Positions 25,022-33,994 of a stretch of DNA of 64,000 nucleotides are shown here, piece after piece; the first letter of the stretch is position 1; each line of letters opens with the position of its first letter. The DNA comes from Candidatus Micrarchaeota archaeon (GTDB lineage: Archaea; Micrarchaeota; Micrarchaeia; Micrarchaeales; CABMGC01). Made by a program: the position numbers and the translations under genes. The notes beneath the pieces were generated by a model that was given only the letters and a program-made list of their open reading frames with translations, ran no database searches and was not told the DNA's origin. The stretch lies in contig JAGWHD010000001.1 of assembly GCA_028866995.1 (NCBI GenBank), positions 636,068 through 700,067 of the forward strand. Direction: 5' to 3'.

Positions 25022-27331
25022 TCAGACCTCAGCGATCCTTGTCTGCTCGTGCTCGTCCTTGTTCCTGTTCAGCATGTATATCCTGGCGTTGCTGACCTGC
25101 TTAAGCGCCTCGTCATGGGTTATTATGAATGTCTGGTCTATTATCCTGGGTATGGCGTCGTTAAGCACCTCGACGAACTTGCCTATCCCTTCCCTGTCTA
25201 TGTTGTGGGTCGGCTCGTCCAGTATCAGCCACTTCAGGTTCGGGACCAGTACAAGGGCTATGGCTATCCTCATCGTGAGGCATGCGGTGCTGCGCTCCCC
25301 TCCGCTCGCTATCTCCTCCACTCCTTGCCAGACCTCCTGGTTGTCGACGACGGACCTCAGCTTGAGCACGTAGTCGTTCTCCATCGCGTCGAGCATTATG
25401 CTCGTATAGTCGCCGTAGGGGTATATCTGCGGCCATATCTCGTGCATTATCTCGTTGACGGACCCGACGAGCCTGCTCCTCAGGACCACCTGCGTCTCCT
25501 CCAGCGAGCTCCTGAACAATGCAAGGTTCTCCACAAGCATCTTCTTCCTCTTTACAGTCTCGTATATCCTCTCAACCTTTGCAATCTCCTGCATCTTACC
25601 GTCTATCTGCCTCTGCTTCTCGGACGCATACCTCGCGCTGGCCTCGAGCTCCGCGCCTATCTTGCCCAGCTCGGAGCTCCTATCGGAGAATTCAGCCTGC
25701 AGCCTGTCAAGCTTCTTCTGGTCCATCCCTATCCCCTGCTCCTCCTCCTTTCTCTCCTGCATCTCATTGCCTATCTTCGCTGACTCCGCAACATGCGCCT
25801 CCATCCTCTTGACCATGTCCAGCGATGACTTCAGCAGCGACAGCGCGTCCCTCGCATTCAGTGACCTCTCCTTAACGGCCTCGTATTCCTTCCTCGCGGC
25901 TTCAGCATCGGCCGATGACCTCACTATTCCGGCATCAAGCTCCCTTATCCTCGCCTCTATCCCTGCATACTCCTTGAGCCTCTCCAGCGCCATCTCAACC
26001 CGTTTCAGCTGCTCGGCAACTGTGTCCTTCTCTTTTCTCTTTGAACCGTCCATGGACTTGAGCTCATCAACCCTCTTGCCGGCGTTCATGATCTCCTCCT
26101 CGTTCTTCCGCGTCAGCCTCTGCCTCATCTCTTCTGTAAGCTCCCTCTCGCAGACAGGGCATTTGCCAACGTGCTTCCTAAGCTCGGCCAACGCCTTCTC
26201 CTTCTCCTCCAGCATCGCCTTAGACGACGCGCTCTCCTTCATCGCATCCTCTATCTCCCTGGTCAGCGCCTCGTGCCTTCTCCTGAACTCTTCAACGCTC
26301 TTCCCCTGTGACTCCTTCTCGAGTCTCTCCTTCTCAGCCAGGTCCTTCCTGGCCCTCTGCAGCTCGGTCTCGAGCTTTGTCTTGGCGTTCTGCGCCGCCT
26401 GCAGCCTGTCCGAAGCCATCTTCTCATCGCCTGCAGATGCCTTTACCTGCCTTTCAGCGTCGTCCATGTCCTTCTCTATCGCGCTCCTATCCTTCAGCCC
26501 TTTCCTCTTCGCATCCTCTATCTCCGTCTTCAGGGCCGACAGCCTTCCGCTCATCTCCTGTATCTGCTTCTCGAGCCTGATCTTCCTGTCGTACAGCTCC
26601 TTCGCTTCCTTGAGCTCCTTCTCTACGCTATCCTTCCCCTTCTCGACCTCACGCCTCCTCTCCTTGGCATCGACCTCAGCCTTCCTGTGCTGCTCCAGCT
26701 CCGCAGATAACGATGCGAGCTGCTCGTTCAGCTGCTTCACGTCGAACTCCTCCGCGATGTGCTCGTCAGATGCAGCCGTCCTGTTCAGGTCGTTTATCAC
26801 CCCCTTCGCGTTATCGAGCGCGTTGACGAACCTGTCCAGCCCGAGGAAGCCGTCTATCCTCTTCTTCCTCTCCCTGGGGTCTATGCTTAGGAAGTAGTCA
26901 AGGCCGTTCTGCTCAGAGTATATCGCCTTGGAGAACAGGTCGTAGTCTATCCTCAGCGCCCTCTCTATCTCCTCAGTGACCCTCTTCGGCTGCGACTGCA
27001 GGTAAGCCCCGTTCTTCTTCAGTTCCGCAGCCGAAGGCCCTTCAAGAGATATCCTCCTCTCGACAGAGTACTCGTCGTCGCCGCTAGTGAATTCGAGCCT
27101 CACAGTCGCCTCGCGCTTCTGAGAGGGCTTGTTCCTTATCAGGCCGCTGACGCTCCCCCTGCCCATCGACGGGAATGTGCCGAAAAGCGCGAACGATATC
27201 GCATCCATTATGGAGCTCTTCCCTGCGCCCATCTGGCCTATGAGCAGGTTGGTGCCCTTCGCGAAATTGAGCTTGGTTGAGCCATGGGTCTTCCAGTTGA
27301 CAAGCTCTATGGATTTTATCATCATGACCAC
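25022..27331 (-). CDS. rad50: Rad50-type SMC-like ATPase
   Basis: Walker A GQMGAGKSS. Long coiled coil with a central CPVC zinc hook. Signature SGGERS. Walker B LILDEPT. 769 aa. Confidence 0.85.
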   Translation of the reverse strand: MVMMIKSIELVNWKTHGSTKLNFAKGTNLLIGQMGAGKSSIMDAISFALFGTFPSMGRGSVSGLIRNKPSQKREATVRLEFTSGDDEYSVERRISLEGPSAAELKKNGAYLQSQPKRVTEEIERALRIDYDLFSKAIYSEQNGLDYFLSIDPRERKKRIDGFLGLDRFVNALDNAKGVINDLNRTAASDEHIAEEFDVKQLNEQLASLSAELEQHRKAEVDAKERRREVEKGKDSVEKELKEAKELYDRKIRLEKQIQEMSGRLSALKTEIEDAKRKGLKDRSAIEKDMDDAERQVKASAGDEKMASDRLQAAQNAKTKLETELQRARKDLAEKERLEKESQGKSVEEFRRRHEALTREIEDAMKESASSKAMLEEKEKALAELRKHVGKCPVCERELTEEMRQRLTRKNEEEIMNAGKRVDELKSMDGSKRKEKDTVAEQLKRVEMALERLKEYAGIEARIRELDAGIVRSSADAEAARKEYEAVKERSLNARDALSLLKSSLDMVKRMEAHVAESAKIGNEMQERKEEEQGIGMDQKKLDRLQAEFSDRSSELGKIGAELEASARYASEKQRQIDGKMQEIAKVERIYETVKRKKMLVENLALFRSSLEETQVVLRSRLVGSVNEIMHEIWPQIYPYGDYTSIMLDAMENDYVLKLRSVVDNQEVWQGVEEIASGGERSTACLTMRIAIALVLVPNLKWLILDEPTHNIDREGIGKFVEVLNDAIPRIIDQTFIITHDEALKQVSNARIYMLNRNKDEHEQTRIAEV

Positions 27332-27389
27332 GCAGAGGAAACACTAGCATATGACGGAAAAACAATATAATTCCTCTGTAGAAAAAGGG

Positions 27390-27629
27390 CTATAGGAGGC
27401 TCTCCTCCTCTACCTCGACTTCCTTCACGCCCTCGATTCCCTTGAGCCTGTCCTCGAAGACGTTGCTCCCTTCGGAATCCTCATGGACGAACATGACCTT
27501 TATGACCTTGATCCCGAAAGCGATCTCCATAAGCTGCAACGACTTCGGCTTCAGCCTCTCCTTTATCGCCTTCGCAGCGGCATCGGTATCGTCAGAATAA
27601 ACCTTGAACACTGTGGCTACAAGTCCCAT
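27390..27629 (-). CDS. ef1b: Elongation factor 1-beta (aEF-1beta)
   Basis: From the internal ATG MGLVATVFKVYSDDTD...IAFGIKVIKVMFVHEDSEG...GVKEVEVEEESLL. Typical size (~79 aa) and pattern. Confidence 0.8.
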   Translation of the reverse strand: MGLVATVFKVYSDDTDAAAKAIKERLKPKSLQLMEIAFGIKVIKVMFVHEDSEGSNVFEDRLKGIEGVKEVEVEEESLL

Positions 27630-27796
27630 TACGGTCCCTCGAACTCGCACTTCGTGCACCTGTACTTCGTGTGCTTCTCCCTGCAGCCGTAGCACCTTAT
27701 TATGTTGCCCTCACCGCAGTTCGGGCACTTGAACTCGACATACTGGTTGCTAAGCCTGCCGCATGAAACGCAAATCTTCCCCGGATTGTCTGCCAT
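27629..27796 (-). CDS. Small zinc-ribbon protein (four CxxC pairs)
   Basis: MADNPGKICVSCGRL...KCPNCGEG...RCYGCREKHTKYRCTKCEFEGP. Its TAA overlaps the EF-1beta ATG by 1 nt. This pairing is common in archaea. Confidence 0.65.
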   Translation of the reverse strand: MADNPGKICVSCGRLSNQYVEFKCPNCGEGNIIRCYGCREKHTKYRCTKCEFEGP

Positions 27797-27869
27797 ATGC
27801 TCACGATGGTGAAAACCAATGACGAGTATTAAGCTATTAAATAACAATATATAAAAAGATATGTAGCCT

Positions 27870-27944
27870 GGGCATGTGGTGTAACTTGGATAGCACGTCG
27901 GCTTGCGGAGCCGTTGGTTGCGGGTTCAAATCCCGTCATGCCCG
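27870..27944 (+). tRNA. tRNA-Arg (anticodon GCG), no intron
   Basis: Hand-folded cloverleaf: acceptor GGGCATG/CATGCCC, D arm GTGT/GCAC, anticodon loop TTGCGGA, T arm GCGGG-TTCAAAT-CCCGT, discriminator G. 75 nt. One U-U at 27:43. Confidence 0.8.
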
Positions 27945-28040
27945 TCTACTAAAAGATCCTCGGCAGGTATCTCGAAATGAACCACGCTATCCATCGCATC
28001 CATCTACCAACATCGGCTCACAGAATCTAAATATCGATTG

Positions 28041-28517
28041 TTAGAACCTGTTCGACTTCCTGTCGGTTATTGCCTCGTCTACAGAATGCCTCTTTATCAC
28101 AAGCGCCTTTATCCTGTCGACGTCCTGCACGTGCCTCTCCTTCGCTATCTTCTCGGCCTGCTTGAGCTTGTTGGCGTAGGAGTTGTACGCGATCATCGCA
28201 GCGGCCAGCGCGTCCCTCTCGTGCAGGTTCTCGAGCTCCCTGCCATGTGCAATCTGCTGCTTCCTGTCGACGCTTACGTCGGCATCAGGCGTGAATATCG
28301 AGGAACCGAATATCGCAGCGAGCCTGTGCACCAGCGACTGCGCGTTCCGCTTGTCGCTCGCTATGACAACCGGGGTGCCCTTCTCACGTATCCTGTCGAC
28401 GAACCATTCCAGGCCCACGAACCTCCCCGTGTCTATTCCTACGACGTTGCCGTCAAGGTCTATTGACACTACCGCTGCGGTCTTCCCCGAGTCTATCCCT
28501 ATTATCGTGTGCTTCAT
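28041..28517 (-). CDS. RNase H-fold nuclease-like protein (RuvC/YqgF/DUF460-like)
   Basis: MKHTIIGIDSGKTAAVVSIDLDGNVVGI...PVVIASDK pattern. ATGA overlap with the upstream gene's stop. The start could also be 28523. Confidence 0.45.
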   Translation of the reverse strand: MKHTIIGIDSGKTAAVVSIDLDGNVVGIDTGRFVGLEWFVDRIREKGTPVVIASDKRNAQSLVHRLAAIFGSSIFTPDADVSVDRKQQIAHGRELENLHERDALAAAMIAYNSYANKLKQAEKIAKERHVQDVDRIKALVIKRHSVDEAITDRKSNRF

Positions 28518-29566
28518 GAGCATATTCCGCTTCCGGAATGGCATATCGCGTTCCTTGCGGTCTGCGGCAGCGCCATGTACTGGCAGTCTGCCACGGCTAT
28601 CGGTGTTGATGTTATGTTGTAGTACTTGGCCAGAAGCGCCTGCGAGTTTATCGGATTCTGCGACGACGCCAGGCACGAATTGAGCCTCACCGTGTCCAGT
28701 TTCGAGATGTTAGCTATGCTTGCGAGAGTCGCAGGCGAGATGTATCCGTTGAACGCTGCAAGGCTTCCGGAAAAGTTCGCGAAGTTCTGCTGTGAAGAGG
28801 CGCAGAAGAGATACTTGCCAAGCTGCGCTGCGTTGTCCTGGCCGTGCGCGCCGCCTATGCCCTGCGAGTACTGGCTGTACAGTATCTCCAGGCTCATGTT
28901 GACCTTGCTGCCATAATCATGCTCGAGCTGCGTGTAGTTAGCGAGACTGCCCAACGCGCCAGGCGCATAAGGGTCCATGAACCAGTACACCGGCACGGTC
29001 CCGTTGGCCTGCAGGCATGGCACCTTCCCGTAGAGTTTGACGACTCCTGCGGAGACCACCTGGTTCTGCGAGAGCGGAGTGGGGTTAACTGTCTCCTGGA
29101 ACGGCATGACTACCGAGCCGTTGGCATCGTCTATTATCGCGGAGATGTTGAAGCTCTGGTTCGTGATCGGGTTGCTCGCCCTGACCGAAACGTACCACTG
29201 CCTTGCGCTAGGCATGTACTCGGCCTGTATCGCGCTTACGTTGGTTATGTACGGTATGAGCGCAAGCGTGCTGTTCATGCTGGCATAGCTCGCGAGCAGC
29301 CTCTCGGCTATGCCCTTTACCTGGCTTGCGTTGTAGTTGGGACTTATGCAGGTGCCGTTGTAAGCGCCGTAGGCGCACGAGCCGTTCGGGGAGATGTTCT
29401 GTACAAGAACCGGTCTGTTGTAGGCGATGGCCAGGAGCAGAAGCACCAGCACGATGACAAGGATGACAAGAGCCATGTGTATGCTGTCAAGGCCGCCGAA
29501 CCTCGACAGGGGCTTTACTATGATGCTGGGCTCCTTTATGTCAGCCGTTTTGCTCTTCTTGGCCAT
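28514..29566 (-). CDS. Membrane-anchored DsbA/thioredoxin-like domain protein lacking the CxxC motif
   Basis: N-terminal TM ALVILVIVLVLLLLAIA. VPVYWFMDPYAPGALGS sits where DsbA-like proteins carry D..CP.C. GKYLFCASSQQNFANF resembles the qgkf..f helix. Many N-x-S/T sequons. Confidence 0.45.
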   Translation of the reverse strand: MAKKSKTADIKEPSIIVKPLSRFGGLDSIHMALVILVIVLVLLLLAIAYNRPVLVQNISPNGSCAYGAYNGTCISPNYNASQVKGIAERLLASYASMNSTLALIPYITNVSAIQAEYMPSARQWYVSVRASNPITNQSFNISAIIDDANGSVVMPFQETVNPTPLSQNQVVSAGVVKLYGKVPCLQANGTVPVYWFMDPYAPGALGSLANYTQLEHDYGSKVNMSLEILYSQYSQGIGGAHGQDNAAQLGKYLFCASSQQNFANFSGSLAAFNGYISPATLASIANISKLDTVRLNSCLASSQNPINSQALLAKYYNITSTPIAVADCQYMALPQTARNAICHSGSGICS

Positions 29567-29577
29567 GGTAATCATTA

Positions 29578-29713
29578 CGGGTCCGACGGGATTTTCATTA
29601 ATACCTTACCGTTCATTTTTAAAAAGGTAAGGATTTATTTTGAACCCGTGACCATCACCTTGATCCTTTCGGATTAGGACGGTGCTGCTCTATCCAAGCT
29701 GAGCTACGGACCC
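29578..29713 (-). tRNA. tRNA-Arg (anticodon CCT) with two introns: about 14 nt at the canonical 37/38 site and about 47 nt in the T-loop
   Basis: Hand fold of the reverse complement: acceptor GGGTCCG/CGGACCC, D arm GCTC/GAGC, anticodon stem GCACC/GGTGA enclosing 21 nt (GTCCTA+14+A), T stem ACGGG/CCCGT enclosing 54 nt (TTCAAA+47+T). The mature length sums to 75 nt. Confidence 0.7.
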
Positions 29714-29753
29714 TTGGTAAGATATTTGCATGCAAGCAATTAAAAACAGTTCT

Positions 29754-30167
29754 TTATGCAAGAACCTTGCGCATCCATACGGCCTCGTTGGGCTCCTCGT
29801 ATCCCTGCTTCATGTAGAACGACTTGACCTTCCTGTTTGTGTGGTTCACGAAAAGCAGCACCTTCCTCGCACCCTCGCCTTTCAGCGCATTCTCCGCTCT
29901 TCTGAGCAGGGCGGTGCCAACGCCCTTTCCCTGCATGGCGGGGTCGACTGCCAGGTGGTGTATCCAGGCCCTCCTGCCGTTGTAAACGCCGAATATGGTT
30001 CCTACTACCCCCTTCTCCACGGCGACAAAGCAGGTCTTGGGGTTTATCCTCAGCATCTCCCCTGCCTCGTATCTCTCGTCCGCGATGCCGTTCAGGTCAA
30101 GGCCGGCCCTTTTCCACACTTTGTACATGGCATTGAAGTCACCGATGCGCATGCTCCTTATCCTCAT
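29754..30167 (-). CDS. GNAT-family N-acetyltransferase (137 aa)
   Basis: Acetyl-CoA binding motif HHLAVDPAMQGKGVGTALL. Last gene of the argG-argH string. Confidence 0.8.
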   Translation of the reverse strand: MRIRSMRIGDFNAMYKVWKRAGLDLNGIADERYEAGEMLRINPKTCFVAVEKGVVGTIFGVYNGRRAWIHHLAVDPAMQGKGVGTALLRRAENALKGEGARKVLLFVNHTNRKVKSFYMKQGYEEPNEAVWMRKVLA

Positions 30168-30180
30168 ATCCCATCGAACC

Positions 30181-30510
30181 TTAGACTATCCTGAGCATGC
30201 GCTGCATCTGGCCTTCCATGTTGGCGTAGTGGCTCTCCTCGGCAGCAGCTGTGTATGCGCACCAGAGCTTCCTGTCCTCATCTGTCGCATGCCCTCCCTC
30301 GTTCTCCAGCCTCGATATCCTCTCATCGAGCCTGGCAAGATTCTTGGACGACATGTCGACGACTTTTGGCGAGGCAAGCGGATACTGCTCCGCAAGCATC
30401 TGCCTGTGCCTCTCCACACGCTCCTTGAAAGAAGCTGGAGGCCTGAGCAGCACCATTATCTCCTTGTCCGTGACAATCAGGAGAGGCTTGGTCTCTACCA
30501 TTGCAGCCAT
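30181..30510 (-). CDS. Hypothetical protein (109 aa)
   Basis: ORF is 8 nt downstream of argH and 13 nt upstream of the GNAT gene. No recognisable family. Confidence 0.4.
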   Translation of the reverse strand: MAAMVETKPLLIVTDKEIMVLLRPPASFKERVERHRQMLAEQYPLASPKVVDMSSKNLARLDERISRLENEGGHATDEDRKLWCAYTAAAEESHYANMEGQMQRMLRIV

Positions 30511-30518
30511 GGCATCAT

Positions 30519-31694
30519 CTAATACTTCTTCGCCACCTTCTTGTAGGCGTCGCGGAACGGAACGCCCTTCTTCACAAGAAGATAGGCCTGCTGCGTGGCG
30601 AACAGCTCTTCAGTCATCGCCTTCTTGCATGCGTTCTTATCCACCTTTATGGCGTTCACCATCGCGCCGGCTACTGCCAGCGACGTCTCCGCCGTATCAA
30701 ACGCCTTCATCGCAGGCTCCTTGGTGAGCTGGAAGTCCCGGTTGTATCCTGAAATCAGGTTCGAGATTATGCCCTTTATCTGGAACTCGCAGGAGCTGAC
30801 CACATGATAGCTTGCCCGCAGCAGCTCCAGCGCATCAGGATTCCTCTTGTGCGGCATCATCGAGCTTCCAGTAGTGAATTCCTTGGGTATTGTGAAATAG
30901 CCGAACTCGGGCATGCTGAATGTTATGAGGTCCTGCGCCATCTTGTTCAGATCAAGCATGACCATGGAAAGTGCGTGGGCCATCTCAGCCTCGAACTTGC
31001 CCCTGCTGTTCTGGACGTATATGGGGTTCTCCTGGACCTTCGCGAAGCCGAGCTCCTTTGCTGTGGACTGCCTGTCTACCTTTATCGGGACTCCGTATCC
31101 TGCGCCAGTGCCAAGCGGCGACTGGTCTATCATGGAGTAAGCGCCCTTCAGCAGCGAAATGTTGTCCTCCATCGACTCGATGAAGGCGCCTGCCCAGAGC
31201 CCTGCCGATGACGGCATCGCCTTGCGCGTGTGCGTGTATCCTGGCATCGCGATGCTGCCGTACTTCTTGCTGAAGGACTTCAGCGACTTTATGAAAGAGC
31301 CGCAGAGAAGCTCGCATTTCTTCAGTTCGTCCTTGTAGTAGAGGCGCAATGCAACAGCCACCTGGTCGTTCCTTGACCTTCCTGTATGTATCTTCTTGCC
31401 GACGTCGCCCAGCTTCCTGGTCAGGTAGTTCTCTATTGCAGTATGGCAGTCCTCGTCCTCCTTCCTTATCTGGAACTTGCCCTTCTCGTCGAGCCCGATT
31501 ATCTCCTCAAGCACCGACACCAGCTTCTTGACCTCTGTTGCGCTGAGCACGCCCACCTTGCCCAGCATCCTCGCGTGCGCTATCGACGCCTTGCAGTCGT
31601 ACTTGAGCAGCTTCATGTCCAGCAGGTAGTCGTTGCCGGTCGTGAATTCCTCAACGGCCTTGTCTATGTTGTAGCCCTTGTCCCAGAGTTTCAT
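30519..31694 (-). CDS. argH: Argininosuccinate lyase
   Basis: Fumarate-lyase signature GSSMMPHKRNP. 391 aa (short form). Confidence 0.9.
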   Translation of the reverse strand: MKLWDKGYNIDKAVEEFTTGNDYLLDMKLLKYDCKASIAHARMLGKVGVLSATEVKKLVSVLEEIIGLDEKGKFQIRKEDEDCHTAIENYLTRKLGDVGKKIHTGRSRNDQVAVALRLYYKDELKKCELLCGSFIKSLKSFSKKYGSIAMPGYTHTRKAMPSSAGLWAGAFIESMEDNISLLKGAYSMIDQSPLGTGAGYGVPIKVDRQSTAKELGFAKVQENPIYVQNSRGKFEAEMAHALSMVMLDLNKMAQDLITFSMPEFGYFTIPKEFTTGSSMMPHKRNPDALELLRASYHVVSSCEFQIKGIISNLISGYNRDFQLTKEPAMKAFDTAETSLAVAGAMVNAIKVDKNACKKAMTEELFATQQAYLLVKKGVPFRDAYKKVAKKY

Positions 31695-31700
31695 CGCATC

Positions 31701-32972
31701 TCACTTCACAGCTTTCTTGGCTTTCTTAGTGCGCCATGCGTAGGGGTCCTTCTCCCCCAATGCCACGTAGTGCGCCTTGAGCCTTATGGCGCTGACGTTG
31801 ATGAAGCCCTTCGAGTCCTCGGCGTTGAAGCCTCCCTCCTCGTGCATGCTGGAGAACTTCTGGTCGTAGAGCTTCCTGTCGCTCTCCCTCCCGACAGTCA
31901 TGACGTTGCCCTTGTAGAGCGCTACTGTCACCTTGCCGTCTATGGCCTCCTGGCTCTTGTTGAACGCGTTCATCAGGAAATCCATCTCAGGGGAGAACCA
32001 GAATCCGTTGTACACCAACTCGGAGAACTTCTGCGTGAGCATGTCCCTTATGTGCATGACCTCACGGTCCATCGCAAGCCCTTCGAGATCGCGATGAGCG
32101 GTCCAGAGTATCGTGGCTCCAGGTGTCTCATAGACTCCCCTTGACTTTATCCCTATGTAACGATTCTCGACCATGTCAAGCCTTCCGACCCCGTTCTCGC
32201 TGCCCACCTTGTTAAGGTACATGAACAGCTCCAGCGGGTCCGTCTTCGTAACCTTGTTGGTCTTGTCCACCACCTTTACCGGTATGCCGTCATTGAAGTG
32301 TATCTCGACAACTGTCTCCTTGTCAGGGGCCTTCTGCAGCGATGTCGTCCTGTTGAAGACATCCTCGGCCGGCCTGAGCAAAGGATCCTCGAGTATGCCT
32401 GCCTCGTGGCTTATGTGCATCAGGTTCTCGTCCTCGCTGTACGGCTTGGCAACAGATGCCTTTACCTGTATCCCGTACTTCTTCGCATACGCTATAAGGT
32501 CATCACGTCCTTTGAACTGGTTCAGGAACTCCTTGTCCCTCCAAGGCGTTATCACCTTTATCTTGGGATCAAGCGCGAAGTACGACAGCTCGAACCTCAC
32601 CTGGTCGTTGCCCTTGCCCGTGGAGCCGTGCGAGACATACTGGGCCCCTTCCTTGTTCGCTATCTCTATCTGCTTCTTCGAGAGCAGCGGCCTTGCAAGT
32701 GACGTGCCCATCAGGTACCTGCCCTCGTATAGCGCGTTGCACTTGAGCGCAGGGAATATGAAATCGGTGACAAACTCCTTCTTGAGGTCCTCGACGTAGA
32801 CCTTGGAGGCGCCTGTCGCTATCGCCTTCTTCCTTATCGCCTCGAAGTCCTCGTGCTGCCCTATGTCACCTACGAAGCAGATGACCTCAAGGCCCTTGTT
32901 CACCAGCCACTTGAGTATGACCGATGTGTCAAGACCTCCGCTGTATGCCAATACAATCTTCTCCTTCGCCAT
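31701..32972 (-). CDS. argG: Argininosuccinate synthase
   Basis: AYSGGLDTS and [13 protein letters not shown] signatures. 423 aa. Confidence 0.95.
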   Translation of the reverse strand: MAKEKIVLAYSGGLDTSVILKWLVNKGLEVICFVGDIGQHEDFEAIRKKAIATGASKVYVEDLKKEFVTDFIFPALKCNALYEGRYLMGTSLARPLLSKKQIEIANKEGAQYVSHGSTGKGNDQVRFELSYFALDPKIKVITPWRDKEFLNQFKGRDDLIAYAKKYGIQVKASVAKPYSEDENLMHISHEAGILEDPLLRPAEDVFNRTTSLQKAPDKETVVEIHFNDGIPVKVVDKTNKVTKTDPLELFMYLNKVGSENGVGRLDMVENRYIGIKSRGVYETPGATILWTAHRDLEGLAMDREVMHIRDMLTQKFSELVYNGFWFSPEMDFLMNAFNKSQEAIDGKVTVALYKGNVMTVGRESDRKLYDQKFSSMHEEGGFNAEDSKGFINVSAIRLKAHYVALGEKDPYAWRTKKAKKAVK

Positions 32973-33039
32973 GTTCTCATCTATTTTTCCAATAAGCGCA
33001 ACAGGCCAGCGGCACCCCTGCCGCTGTCCTTATCAGAAT

Positions 33040-33900
33040 TCATTTCCTTGCCAGCTCCTGCCAGACTATAGATGCGCACGTCAGGCTGCCGTTGAGTATC
33101 TGCGTCTGGCTCGTAGGCGCCTGCTGCACCTTCGATTCGTCGTAGTACTGCAGCGCGAGGTTGTACACAGTCTGGAACTCCTTGGGCACAACCACTCCTC
33201 CGTTCACCTGCAGCACGTTCGCTGCGTAAGCGTCCTTGGGATCGAGCTCTATCACCTTCTTGCCGGCTATGTATTCCACAATGTCAGCTGTCAGGTGCGG
33301 GCTCTTAAGGAAGACCTCCTTAGTGAGGGGAGTCATGCCTGTTGTAAGGTGGAGCACACCCTCTATGTTCTGCAGCTGGAATGACGTTATGCTCGGGTCT
33401 ATCCTTCGCGCCTCTCGCATGAAGGACATGGCCCCCTCGAAGTTGGTCCTTTCGGACAGCCCTATGATCATGGTGTTCCCCACCCTCTCAACGTCTCCGA
33501 ACTCTATGAACGTGCCCTTGCCCTTTATCTTTATCGTCTCTATGCCAAGCGATCCGACGAACTCCTTGATCTCCCCAACCTCCTTCCGCCTGTCTGGATT
33601 CCCTGGATTGGCTATTATCGCGATGGGCTTCCAGTCGGAGCCGGATCCCGCCATTATGTAGGCGGTGTCCTGCACGTATACGCTGTCAGGATGCTTGCTC
33701 TTCGGTATCTCCATGACATGGCCGCCGGCATCGCGTATCGCCTGCTTGTAGGCCGCATGCTCTCGGCTCGCGAGCTCCAGGTCAACCTTCTCCATCCTGC
33801 CGCTGCTCCTTATGCCCTTGTTCATGGTGTCTGGAACATCTGCCCTTACCAGGACCTTGGTCACCAGCGCAGGCTTCTGCTTCTCCCCAATAGCAGTCAC
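33040..33900 (-). CDS. Guanidino-group modifying enzyme, dimethylarginine dimethylaminohydrolase (DDAH)/amidinotransferase-like
   Basis: KVLVRADVPDTMNKGI..., HPDSVYVQDTA, VLHLTTGMTP, AANVLQVNGGVVVP and C-terminal NGSLTCASIV (catalytic Cys context) parallel DDAH by eye. My proposed GTG start at 33900 trims the track's 33993 start, which runs into the divergent promoter. Confidence 0.6.
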   Translation of the reverse strand: MTAIGEKQKPALVTKVLVRADVPDTMNKGIRSSGRMEKVDLELASREHAAYKQAIRDAGGHVMEIPKSKHPDSVYVQDTAYIMAGSGSDWKPIAIIANPGNPDRRKEVGEIKEFVGSLGIETIKIKGKGTFIEFGDVERVGNTMIIGLSERTNFEGAMSFMREARRIDPSITSFQLQNIEGVLHLTTGMTPLTKEVFLKSPHLTADIVEYIAGKKVIELDPKDAYAANVLQVNGGVVVPKEFQTVYNLALQYYDESKVQQAPTSQTQILNGSLTCASIVWQELARK

Positions 33901-33928
33901 TATAATTACCAGACATATTGGGCGATAC

Positions 33929-33941
33929 CTATATATATTAA
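33929..33941. promoter_or_regulatory. AT-rich TATA-like element in a divergent intergenic region
   Basis: ctatatatattaa lies between the DDAH-like gene (minus) and the ACT-domain gene (plus), about 30-40 nt from the proposed GTG at 33900. Confidence 0.3.
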
Positions 33942-33994
33942 CCTTGCGCCATATTTGATGCAAATTGAGCTTAAAATGTATCAAATGGGACAAA

